Part shown: in pieces, positions 11,840 to 23,814 of the stretch
How positions within the stretch are numbered: position 1 is the stretch's first letter
Layout: each line of letters begins with the position of its first letter
Assembly (NCBI GenBank): GCA_028023455.1
Contig: JAQFVV010000006.1
Coordinates: 14,756,001-14,820,000 of the forward strand
Direction of reading: 5' to 3'
DNA: 64,000 nucleotides
From: Epiperipatus broadwayi
Taxonomy: Eukaryota; Animalia; Onychophora
The notes under the pieces: model-generated
The model's input: only the letters and a program-made list of their open reading frames with translations
Databases searched by the model: none
Told to the model about the DNA's origin: nothing
Position numbers and translations under genes: made by a program

Positions 11840-12590
11840 TAATGAAACTTTTTATTACTCCTAACATGCTTCTCTCCATACTTTATTAAAAGGTCTGAAG
11901 TCTCTGCATTGCCCTTCTGTTAAGTGTCCAAGATCCAGTAAGAACTGGTAAAATACATTTATTAAAAAAACCTTCCTTTTCAAACACATAGGCATATTTT
12001 CTTTAAATATCAAGTTATTTTTATCAAAAGCATCCAAGTTTAATTCTATGATTATTTTATTCCATTATGTTTCCATCTGTATTAATAATCTGACCAAGGT
12101 ATTTGTAGTTTGTTAACTTCTTCCAAGTCATTATTATCTACTTTCTTTTTCTGAGAAATCCGTTGAACATTACTTTAATCTTTTTAGCATTTATCTTTAG
12201 CCTATTTTCTTATCCTCATCAGATAACTCTTGCAACATTTCCCGAAGCTCTAAAGCACAATTTAAATCTAGATCAAAAACATGTATTTTGAAAATTAAAT
12301 ATATGGCTGAGAGAACAAACAGATGTTATTGACATATTGAAATAATTAAAAAATTGGAGTTGGGAAGGACATATCACTAGAAGAGATGATAATAGATTGA
12401 CAGTTGAAATCTTAAATTGTATTCCAAAAGACCCAGAAAGAGACCACATATGAGATGGATGGATGAAATAAGGAAGTGTGCTGGGGTGATGTGGAGAAGA
12501 GAGGCTAGAGATCAGAGAGGATGAATTAAACTTGGAGAGACGTTCATCCTGCAGTGGATCGATAATGGTTAGAAATGATGAGATGATAAT
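11840..12590. mobile_element. RTE LINE with 5' inversion
   Basis: Minus piece 12270-11840 (RT to SMERSMLGV) and plus piece 12305-12590 (WLREQT to the 3' end) are adjacent in the RTE consensus. Confidence 0.78.
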
Positions 12591-15500
12591 CAGGCTTCTA
12601 AATTTAACCCACTCTTTAAAAATATAATAAAGACATCTTTAAAAAAAAAGATGCCCAAGAGTATTTCTGGAAGAACTTGTCATCATCATTTGACCCAAAT
12701 AATGGACCGCGCATGTCTTTTTTATCACAGTTTCATATTTATACATAGCAAGCATCTATATATACTTTTAACATATGTCTTTATGTTTTAAGAATTGAGT
12801 GGAATTTAAATGTTTTATTACTTATTGTAAATACCATACATGATCATAAAAAGAGGGAAATTTATATTCATGCTAGAATTTAATATATATTAATCTCTAA
12901 ATGGATTTGAATAACATTAAAATAATTTATAGCCTAATAAAAATGATTGAGAAGTAATCGTTAATATTTAACCTAGATGATATCATCAAACTGAATGCAT
13001 ATAAATGGAGTCATATTTATAAATTAAAATATATATAAATTAAACATACTTTTTTTAATTTTAGTTTTTCTTTTGCATTTTTTTTGTAAGTTTACTGAAC
13101 GTATGAGGGGGGAGGGGGTTGGTTATAAATGGTCATGTCTTATAGAATTGGGGGTATGAAATCAGATTTTGTAATTCAAAATAAATAAAATTATAACACA
13201 ATTGTGTCCAATTAATAGTAAAATCATATGTATATACATAATCTTATAATTGAATATTTATAAATACAGTAATTAGATATATGTAAAGTATAACTTAAAA
13301 TTTTTTATCCACTTAGGAGCACTTTCGACTATCCTTGTAGTTTTTGTCAACTAACACTTTGAAAGGCTAACCTTCCCACAATTTCCATGATCTTAACATT
13401 TGCTGCCTGTCTGTTAATAAAGTCTTGTGAAATTAACAGACAGGCGGCAAATATTAAGATCCATGTTCAATTTAAAGTTTATATATGCAATAACAATGAA
13501 GCAATAAATTATTATCTTACAAATAACTATTATAAAATGCAGAAGGGATTTAACTATTTCCAGTTTACCCTTTTTCAATCTGACTGCATCAAAGCACTCT
13601 GTACTATGGAGAGATACATTCCATCATACTCCAGTAATTTACATAGGGATGTTGTTTAATGTGCATTTAAAAAGTGCTGAACTAGTATGGAATTTGAATT
13701 ATAATTATATACAAAATCTGATCACGCAATTCAACAGTCGTTACTGTGTATGGGCTTGAAAATTTTATTCAGTGATTCTGCATTAAAGATTCTATAACTT
13801 ATCATTAGATTTATTGCACACACACACACATATATATATATATTGTAACTGGATCCCCGTACAACCCCTTTATTACCTCGGTTGTAACAATTTCCTGATG
13901 AGCATGTTGCAGGAAGGAACCATCGATTGGCTTTCCCCAATACAGATGTCACCCCCCCCCCCACAACAATATTTCCTGCTCATCAGAGGATGTAGCACCA
14001 TAAAGACTGGAAGCATCTAGAAATTTCTGTGTTTGGTTTCCCAAACGGCGCCACTAGAGTTCCATCTCACTACAACCTGACTTACCTAGGTCTAGTTAGA
14101 TAGCTCAGGAGGCATGAGATTCTCGTGAACAAGTGCAATGTACAACAAGTGATGCAACATGAACAACTGGATAATTAAAATTAATTTTAAGTAACAACAA
14201 TTTTATTTAACAACAGGTTTAAATAAATGTCCATCAAACAAAATATTTATTGATTGTCCCTTGTATCTCTTCAGCCTATTTTCAATAACATTTTAATATG
14301 AACTAAAGAATGTAATTTGTTGAGAGTATAATAAAGTCCTTCTTTCAATAGTTCTTTAACAATTTGCATCTTTAGTCATTTAGTTAATTCACAGAGAGGA
14401 GTGCAATATATGAAGACAACAGAGATAATAATGAAGACAACTGATAGCACTAGTCTGGGGATATTGGATGAGTATGCATTAGATAGGGAATTTATGAACA
14501 AGCCTTCTGGCATCCATTGATTACTCTGATTGGCACAGGGTGGCACTACTGTATGGAGAGAGTTTTGCCTTGTTTTTTAAATATTTCATTTACAGTCCAT
14601 TGTGTCTCTTGGTATACCTCCAATAATAATACAATATGAATTAAAGAATGCAAGTTCTTTAACAATTTACATTTTTAGTTATTTAGTTAATTCACAGAGA
14701 GGGGTGCAATATATGAAGACAACAGAGATAATAATGAAGACAACTGATAGCATTTAATTCAGAATTCCACTTAATTGAGATTTGTAGTCTTTTGGGTAGT
14801 TGTCACATGTAACGTGGCTTAAATTGACTCGTGTAGGAAGATATTCTTTACAGACAAGAGCATTTCTATTATTCCAGTTAATTTTAGGTGAGTCAAAGTA
14901 TAATAAGAATATTTCTATTCATTGTTATCCAAATCCAGGTTTGAATCCATAATATAAGCACATTTATATCCATTGGTTATTCAGGTAAAATATAAGTGCA
15001 TGTATTTCCATTGGCTATTCAGATAAAATATAAGTGTATGTATTTCCAACTGTCCAGATATCAATTCATCTTGCAAATGCATTTATTTGGTATTTCCGAT
15101 TTCATAAGATATATATATAACCTTAACCGTGACACATTGTTTTGGTATTCTTACTTCTCAACTCGTATATATAACATGTTTTAATTCCGTGTTTATATTC
15201 CTTTTCTCAGAGTTTTCAAATAATAAATAAATTAAAAAAAAAAATGATTGTCTTAATCTTTCAACGCATATAACCATTAACTTTTATTGACGTACTAATT
15301 CATATTTATATGTTTGAATTTATTCATAATGTTATAAATTTGCTAAATACATTCATTTTGTATATTTTCTAATTTTATCTGAGTTATAAACACATTATTA
15401 TAATTTAGTTAGTTATAGTTATATGTAATAGCTCAGCATTTTTAATTTTCCTGAAATACTTATTTGTATATCAGTAATATAAATAGTGATAAGTATTCAT

Positions 15501-17251
15501 TTTTATTTTATTCTAATTCAAATGTATCTGCATATAAGAAGTTAATAATTTATGATTTACATTATTAAAAATGCCTTTTGATTATAGATATTTCAGACAT
15601 TTACATATTTATAATTTATTACTAATAAAATGTATTTTCACATACCTATAATTATTCATAATTTATTTTAAGAAAGACTTTTTTTTTTTATAAACACATA
15701 TGAGTATTGAATATTTCATGAAATTGCTACCTTCATTTTATCCAGTTTCCTTCACTTCAGATTACTACTGCATTCAAAAAGAGGTCGGTTTATTTGAGTT
15801 GAATAGCATTCTTTGCCTTCTATTATGTTCACTTAGGCGAGTCTTGGAGGTTCATGGCTGTGGATGAAGAGATGAAGCTACTATCGATTAGCCATCATTA
15901 TGATTTCCTTATAAATACTTTCTTTTTTCATCATTAGCAGTGTGACTGTAAATATTATATTCCAAGGTGACTAAAATCAGTTTCAACTAAATAGTTAAAC
16001 ACTTAGATAAAACTTTTTACTCTTTCAATTTTCTTACTTTTTAACTGCTCTTAAAATATTTTTAAAAAAATCTGCTCTGAACTTCAAACTCAACTCTGAT
16101 TTCTCGATTGATTCTCCAGCACTCCCACTAATCTGATTTGTTATACAGCTTTCATTTAAGCACGAGTGCTTTTCTCTTAAGGATTGGACACTACTTTTAG
16201 CAGGACAGATAGGAAATCATGAGGATTAAGCCATGTTTTTCAATTTGATAACTTTGCCTCAAGCGAATATTATATTTTGTACAACAACATCATTCCAAAA
16301 ATTAAAATGTACTATTTTTAATAAATGCCAGCTTTAAGTAAATACTTAGAGTCGTATTTATATCATAATTTAAAATTATAAAATCGATAATGAAAGTTTA
16401 TCTTTTTTTTTCTTAGTTATAGAAAATAATGATTTTCTTGTAAATTTATAAACTTTTTTCTTTATTTTTTTTTTAAAAAAAAAATAGAATCAACTGCTTT
16501 TATATACATCTGCATGTTTTTTAGGGAGGAGGATGAAATAGCTCTTAGAATACATGCACACGTGAATCAGAGTTTCTGTTTCAATATATATATATAAGTA
16601 ATAGCATTAATTTATTAGCACACTTTTTAAGAAGCTGTGCTAGGCTTTGAACAAAATTTGAACATCGTTAATAGCTACTATATTCAAAAGAATAATTCAA
16701 GATTTATTTATAGTCCAGTTCTGTAGAGAATAGTGTGTATCCTTTCATTGTTAAATATAAGTATAAAAACATTCACACATGAATATGTATTTGTGTGTGT
16801 GTGTGAATGGGTGCACACATATCATAGCCAGTACTTAAATTAACCAATGAGATGTCCACAATTTGTTGTCATGGCAACATTCAAGTTACTTAATAAATGG
16901 ATTTATTTTTTTAATTTAAATTTTGCTGTCATTCTAATGATTTATTTTAACATTGACTATGGTTATGCGATTTACATATAATTACCAATGGGTTGTTGCC
17001 ATTTATGATTTCATATATATATATGTTGAATTAAATATTGTCATGTAATGATATTCTAATAAAGAATACACATAAGGAGAGTATGTCCATGTAAACAGAG
17101 ATAATTTTTATCTTTTGATGTTGTCAGGAAACTATCAATTACTACTTATTTGCAATTAGCATCCTAAAGGTTAAACAAGTTTTCTCCATTAACCTATAAT
17201 AGCTCTTTTGTTGAGGTTTTTATTGAATATATGCTCTATATTTTTTTTTAG

Positions 17252-17372
17252 ATATTAGGATTTTAGAGGATTGGCTCTCCCATCATGAACCATTAGTTCG
17301 AGCTCGAGCATGTTGTCTTATTGGGAATTTAATGAGACATTCTTGCATTTTTTACACTCATCTCAAATCTCG
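17252..17372 (+). CDS. STK36: Exon of STK36/Fused-like kinase
   Basis: Poly-T ag acceptor and gtaagt donor, 121 nt, phase 1 to 2. Encodes (D)IRILEDWLSHHEPLVRARACCLIGNLMRHSCIFYTHLKS(R), matching the Fused/TIO/STK36 motif LLxHxEPxVRAxxCxxLGNxxRHSxxFY. Confidence 0.85.
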
Positions 17373-18320
17373 GTAAGTGATGAAGTATTTATAAATAATT
17401 CTATATAATCCATATAATTTTTAAAATTGTTTATAAAAATTTTATCTACAATAATTGGTTATTTAAATCTATTATGCAATGTTATATAAAAACAGGCAAA
17501 CTCTCTGTACATATTGCCACTCAGTGCAAGCCAGAGTAACCAATGGATGCCAGAAGGCGTGTGCATAAAATAAACATTATAATTGATATTTAGAAGAATG
17601 AAAATCATGGGTATAATATTAGAGTCTTAAATCCAGGAAAATATGAAAGAAGGAGTTAAGACATTAATTCATACATATATACTTTATTTGGCAGCAGGCG
17701 TAAATTCCACAATTACCAAAGATATGAATGTCCATTTAATAGGTGATCTATTACAGGTGCTTTCTACATCTAGGTGGGGTATTTTACAAGTGAAATACTA
17801 ATCAATAAGTAATTAAATTGCTATATATAAAAGACAATTGTGTGAATGTAATCATTAAAGAATAATAAATTTATTTATGACAATAGTGTAGCTAGAATTT
17901 TTGGGCCATTAAGCTAAAATTAAAAAAAAAAATCCATTTTTAATATTTATAATATTGCCTTGGTTTGCTTCGCATTAGGTATACCACTGATTCACAGTAT
18001 ATATTTCTCACACCATTTAAATTTCTTATTATATGCATTTTCCAAATGAAAAAAAAATAGTCAAAGAAAATACATTATGATATAATATACTTCTTTGTAT
18101 AACACATCACTTCAGCCAATGCTTAAAATTAACCAATAGAATATCTGCAATCCACTTGTTAAGGCAACACTCAAATAATAAAGGAAATCCACTTATTGTC
18201 AAGGTCTGGGATCTTAAATAGGCCTTGAATGACAAAACTGATTTAAACAGATTGAGATTAAAACTGTCTAGAAATTTTAAATGAAGTTCATTAAACAGAT
18301 CAGAATAAACTTTTTAAACG

Positions 18321-18435
18321 TAGATGATTAAATAATTATTTTTACAACCTTTCTTCAACATAGATGATTAAATAATTATTTACAACCTTTCTTGAACATA
18401 GATGATTAAATAATTATTTTTATAACCTTTCAAAC
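18321..18435. repeat. Minisatellite, 3 x about 39 bp
   Basis: Unit TAGATGATTAAATAATTATTT(TT)ACAACCTTTCTT(C/G)AACA. Confidence 0.9.
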
Positions 18436-18814
18436 AAACTACTAAATTATTTAAATATAAAACCATAAGTGCACATTGATTATCAGGTAAATTACATCAT
18501 TATTTCCTTTTGTTTAATATTAACCAATAGAATATTAGCAATCCGTTGTCAAGGCAACGTATAATTGCAAAATAATAAAATAATCAGTAATAAGATATTT
18601 ATTATCACATTTCTTACTTTATTCAAATTTATTTATTACCTTTATTTGCAATTCATTTTTCTACTTAAATCTGTTGTGAGTTGGAAAACAGAGATGAAAA
18701 AATTATTTCTTTAATAGAGCAATGTTGCTTCCTTTTGCTAAAAATTTGATATCCTGACTTTCCCAATGTTTGTAGAAACAGTATATTGTGATGATAACAA
18801 CAATAACGATATGT

Positions 18815-19085
18815 TAAAACAGGCAAAACTTACTATATATATTTTACCACACACAGCAAGCTAGAGTAATCAATGGATGCCAGAAGGCTTGTGCATAAAA
18901 TCCCCATCTAATGCCTACTCATCCAATATCCCCAGACTAGTTTCTGGCTTATGGCCTTCATCAGTGAGGAGCCTTGGATCTGAGAGCACTGCATTTAGAT
19001 CTTAGGATCTATATATATATAGTGAGTTTTGCCTGTTTTAACAACAGTTATATACAAGCATAAGAAGAGATGGTCATGTGATGTT
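18815..19085. mobile_element. Family A HHR retroelement, short fold-back insertion
   Basis: Minus arm with an intact HHR, flipping to plus after 19011. TSD AATAAC/TGATATGT at 18802-18814 and 19086-19098 (1 mismatch). Confidence 0.85.
18929..18970 (-). ncRNA. Type I hammerhead ribozyme, family A, intact
   Basis: UCCUCA-CUGAUGA-A GGC CAUAA GCC A-GAAAC UA GUC-UGGGGA. Stem I is 6 bp with one G-U. Stem III is the palindrome ACUAGU. Predicted cleavage at 18935/18934. Confidence 0.88.
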
Positions 19086-19401
19086 AATAATGATATGTCA
19101 GACAATAAAATACCATGAGCAGTTGTAAGAACTTTAAAATGTGACATTTCATACGCATGCTCACTAACTAATTACTTCATGTAATAGTTATAGAAAAATT
19201 AAAACAGAATTTAGTTTAATGGGATTTAAAAATATTATATTAAAGCCTTATATCTCTTAAAGTAACATGGCGAGAAATTTGATCATCAAAATATAAAATA
19301 AATTGTCAGATTGAAGCCATAAATGCTTTAACAATTAATTTTGGGAATCAAAAAATAATTTTTTATATACTAATGTGTAATTTTGTATATAATAAACAAA
19401 T

Positions 19402-19738
19402 AATTTCTTATATATTGCTTATAATAATTTCTCTGGTATACACTTTAATGCAAAATTTTTTTTAAAATAAAACTTCTTTATTTTCCTGACAGTTTCGACT
19501 ATCCAGCAGTCTTCATCAGAGCGGTCTCAATTTCCTCTACCTTTTTTATCATCAGAGCATTCTCAATTTCCTTTACTTTTAAATCTATATAAAAAAAAGT
19601 AGAGGAAATTGAGAACACTCTGATGAAGACTGCTGGATTGTCGAAACTGTCAGGAAAATAACAAAGTTTTATTAAAAAATTTTTTTTGCATTAATGTGTA
19701 TATGAGAAAAGTTATTATAAGCAATATATATGAAGAAA
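19402..19738. repeat. Family D fold-back element
   Basis: Inverted arms of about 140 bp with HHR-like cores at 19483-19524(-) and 19615-19656(+). Confidence 0.78.
19615..19656 (+). ncRNA. Hammerhead-like core, family D (weak stem I)
   Basis: CUGAUGA-A GAC UGCUGGAUU GUC-GAAAC U GUC, with only 2 bp of stem I. Paralogs at 19483-19524(-), 11028-11070(-), 11133-11175(+), 43312-43353(-) and 60744-60785(+), with decayed copies near 1955-1990 and 13320-13350. Confidence 0.5.
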
Positions 19739-20499
19739 TGCATAGAAAGTAAAGGAGAAGAATAAGAGTATATACTTCTAAGTCATTTCTTATAAATCAT
19801 TTTTCATCTATTGACTATGATGGTTAATATTAATCACTATTTCTATACTAATGGTCAAATGGGATGTATTTATATTAATTGCCAATAGATATGTGTTACA
19901 TTTTTTCAACATAATGGAAGCTTGAATTTTTTTTATCTTGAATTCTGGAATCAGAACAAACAATCAAGACTTGGTGACCCTGTTCAACAGCCATAGAAGC
20001 AGAAGATTTATTACTGTCTTCATTATATTACTATTATATTTTTTGTTTTTAGTCAGTGTGTGGAGCAAACTCTTTTCTGCAGTGGTTATAGTTGAAAATG
20101 ATGTTGATGATTTGAGTTATCAATTTAAACTAATATTTCCATCCTTAATCAAATAATATGTAGAGATATTTATTTACTGACCAATGCTGTATGACCAATT
20201 AATTGGGAACTGATCATCTAAAAGAAAAGTCCTTAGCCTGCTTTTGACCTGACAGGAAGCTATATGAACCAATATGCCTTAATATTAAGGATTATTTTGT
20301 AAGACATGTTCTTCAATTCAAATAATTCTCCTATGACTTTACACCTCAAGAATGTTTTTGGAGTCAGTATCTTAAAAGATACTTATCCAAAACTGGGGTT
20401 CTTGGATGCAGAGACTAAAGCACTCAAGTATTCAAACACCTGTCAATTACTCATCCTTCAAATTTATATTAAATTTTACTTCCAACTTACTCGAATCTA

Positions 20500-21134
20500 A
20501 CCAAAGACTCATCAAACTAACAAAACACTGGCACCTTCCCCCAAAGTATGGTGACTTCCTCATTAAAGTAAATCTGGAATCCCTTCCCACAAATGCTTTT
20601 CTCTACTATAAGAGAGGCTTCAAAAATCTAGCAAGCACATGCTCACTCTGCCAGAGAGAAGATGAAACCATCAACCACATACTAACAAACTGCCCATGTC
20701 TACAAAAACTCCCAATCAGCATTACAGAACCAATTCAAGAACCAAACCCACAACTCTTTGTCTCTGACCAATGTGATAGATCAAGTTACTTATGCACAGC
20801 TTAGATTGGCAACATTTGTGAACTTTACAATCTGGTCACTTCGGTGTAAGCTGGTCATAAGAAAGTCTGAATACCCGAACATTAAGACAGCCTTATATCG
20901 AATGCTGAATAAAATTCGCAAAACAGACTTTTCCACAGCCTACCTTAACATTGCAGAAAACACATGGGCTCTAGTTGATCTACCCAGTGAAGAAATGCTC
21001 TAAGATTACTCCTGAACACAACACCACAGAACTTTATAACACATGCATATAAATCATTGTAATAACCTGTATAATCCATAGTAACTATGTAAAACCAATG
21101 TAACCATTGTATATTTCCTCAATAAAGTTGAAAG
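20500..21134 (+). mobile_element. 5'-truncated L1/Tx1-like LINE, 3' end, with TSD
   Basis: CSLCQREDETINHILTNC knuckle and a frameshifted C-terminus homologous to the 2.2-kb copy. 16-bp TSD AACTTACTCGAATCTA at 20484-20499 and 21135-21150. Confidence 0.85.
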
Positions 21135-22660
21135 AACTTACTCGAATCTACATTATTATTTTCGGCATTGTCATCATATTTATGTACAATTTAATTTGGC
21201 GGATATTAATTCATTAAACTTATATTATTACTCTATTTTAAGGCACTGCAAATTGATCAACATATTAAAGAGTCATGGAAATCCATAAGTATATGTTATT
21301 CCATGTCTTATTGCTTCAGAAATATAATTACTGATATGGAGCGGAGATATCTCGATGGATTTTTTATTTTTATTAATAAAGTTTTAAAAACATTCTTCAA
21401 TAAATCTTTTTTTTTTCCCCTATTTCGAAAAAACATTGCAGAATATTTTTAGGGTTTCGCCATTTTCTTTGTGCTTAAGACACACTTTCATTACCCTGTA
21501 TAGTTTAGTGCAGTGGTAGGGGGTCGGGCTGTGGAGTGTGAGGTCCTCGTATCTGTTCCACTTCTGGATTTCGGCTTTCTTATCTCTTGAGTGACTAATT
21601 TATTATTCATTTTAACTGTTAGTTTAGGACAAATTTATAAAAAAAACTTGATAGGGTATGTTTTTTCTTCAGTACGATAAAATTGATAGCACAACTGTCG
21701 AAGGCATTCTAGCTATTTTTATTTTGGTTTTTCAATACACCAAATATGTTTAGTCATTCAGCTTCATATATCTTTAGGTTGTTCATTATGAACAAGACAA
21801 AAATATTTATTTTTAGATGCATAGGAAGAATGAAATATTTTATTACCATCTCTATAAGTAAAGAGACTATCATTTGTAGACTGACGAACTTTGTGGCATC
21901 ATGGTTAGCCATCCACCTGGATGAATCTTGGAAATTTTTTCAGATCAACATCATAGCTAGAGGTTCTGTCTCATGTGGCTAGGCCATAGTCAATTTTACC
22001 TAACCAACCAGTATTGAACACTGAATAGGTCTCCAGTTAGGACTAGCTGAAGGATAAAAGTTGAAGATTAATCTGGTTTAGTCATATGATGTGGTGCACT
22101 GATTGTAAGAAATATAATTGTAAAATGACGCAGTCCTCATTACAAGTGGAGGAGATGCATAATATCATATTTCCTACATTGAGCTTATGAATATTTTTAT
22201 CTTTAGTTATAAATTGCAGATTTTACTTCTCCGTTTTATCATCAAGGCAATGTTATCAAAACACATTCAGTAATGATTTTGTCAAGTTTATATAGTATAA
22301 AAGTATGATTATTATTCCAAATCATGAATAGATTATTAGAGAAGATAAGCCTTAAACAATCTACTGCAGAATCGAATACTTTTCAACCATCTATCAAAAG
22401 AGGAATAGTAAAAGACAAAACATCAATGACAGGTTATCCAGCCACTAATTGGCTCACGTTTTTATGGTTTCCTTTTTTCGTTTAACTATTAGCTAGCTCT
22501 TTCGTCATTTACTAAACAAAAATATGCCACATTTATTCACTACATGTAATGCTTTACATCATCTAAATATTTTTTTACATATATAAAGTACATTTTCATG
22601 GCCTATATCAATCTGCATTTTCTCCTAGACTTCTTGTAAGACTTCACTTACAGTGTTACT

Positions 22661-23185
22661 TACTGTATGGAGAGTTTAGCCTGTGTGTAAACAGCTTGTG
22701 TAAATCATAAGAAATGGTGATCATGTGATGTTTAGTGGTTTAAAACCAATCCTTGCCTATTAGGATTATGGTGACTGTGTTTATTAAAGAACCAAAGACA
22801 CCACAAAGTATGGATGCTGAACTGAGTTCAGGTCTATACAACTATACCAGCTAATGAGCTTGACTTAAAAAACATTATTATGTTTTCATTTTGCACTTAA
22901 AAACTTTATAGTTAGCTAATAAAGTAAAAGGTGGCTGCTGGAGGGTTGCCTTAGGTCCTAAGATCTAGGTGAACTGCTCTCAGATCCAAGGCTCTTCACT
23001 GATGAAATTTACAAGCTAGAAAATTCTTTGGGATGTTGGATGAGTAGGGACTAGACAGGGATTTTATGCACAAATCTTCTTGCATCCATTGATTGCTCTG
23101 ACTTGCATTGGTGGCGCCACTGTATGGAGAGTTTAGCTTCTGTGTAAACAGCTTGTGTAAGCATAAGAAATGGTGATCCTGTGAG
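22661..23185 (+). mobile_element. Family A HHR retroelement, head-to-tail 1.15-mer
   Basis: ACTGTATGGAGAGTTTAGC recurs 457 nt apart (22662 and 23119). HHR at 22993-23032 has lost stem III and the cleavage site. Confidence 0.85.
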
Positions 23186-23298
23186 ATTTTAATGAGTATA
23201 TAGATTTGAAAAAATAACAAACTGGATAATCCTGGTGGTTCATTAACAGTGAATACTTAATCATCGATGAAAATTATATGTTTTACAAACATTTTTTA

Positions 23299-23540
23299 TA
23301 TGAAGAAATTTTATTTATACACTTTTCATATTTGCAATCCACTTATCTTGATCTCAAACTTGAACTCTTGAGGTAAGAACACTGATACTTGGTTTTGAAA
23401 GTCTCATCTCTTCTTCATATGAAGAAATTTTGTTTATCTACTTCTCATATATGCAATCCAATTATTTTGATGTCAAACTTGAGCTTGTAAGTTAGGAACA
23501 CATTGAACCTTGGCTTTGAAAATCTCACCTCTTCCATCAC
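23299..23540. repeat. Diverged tandem duplication, 2 x about 119 bp
   Basis: TATGAAGAAATTTT..GCAATCCA..TCAAACTTGA..TGAAA.TCTCA.CTCTT occurs twice. Confidence 0.8.
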
Positions 23541-23814
23541 CCATTTTAGTTCTTTTTAACTCTTTGATCCATTTACTCGATATATAGTTTTTTTTTATTT
23601 ACTCGCCAGTATTATCATGAAGACATTTTATTTATTTGCTTTAAATGACTTCACTACATGTTTCATATATTGTATTTAAAATAAGTAAATAAAATTTCTT
23701 CTTATTTATATCTAAGATCAGTCTTTGTGAAAAAATCAGTTAATAAGATATCACATATGTTTTCAGAAGCAATGTTATCTACTGTAAATTTGAGTAATCT
23801 CTAAATACAGTAAT

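Noticed and set aside
13870-13995. CTGATGAGC..GGAA words on both strands as possible hammerheads
   Set aside because: Stem II, stem III and stem I cannot all form, and there is no valid GAAA..UH geometry.
18321-18435. Short direct repeats as a CRISPR-like array
   Set aside because: The units are contiguous with no unique spacers, in a eukaryotic context. It is a minisatellite.
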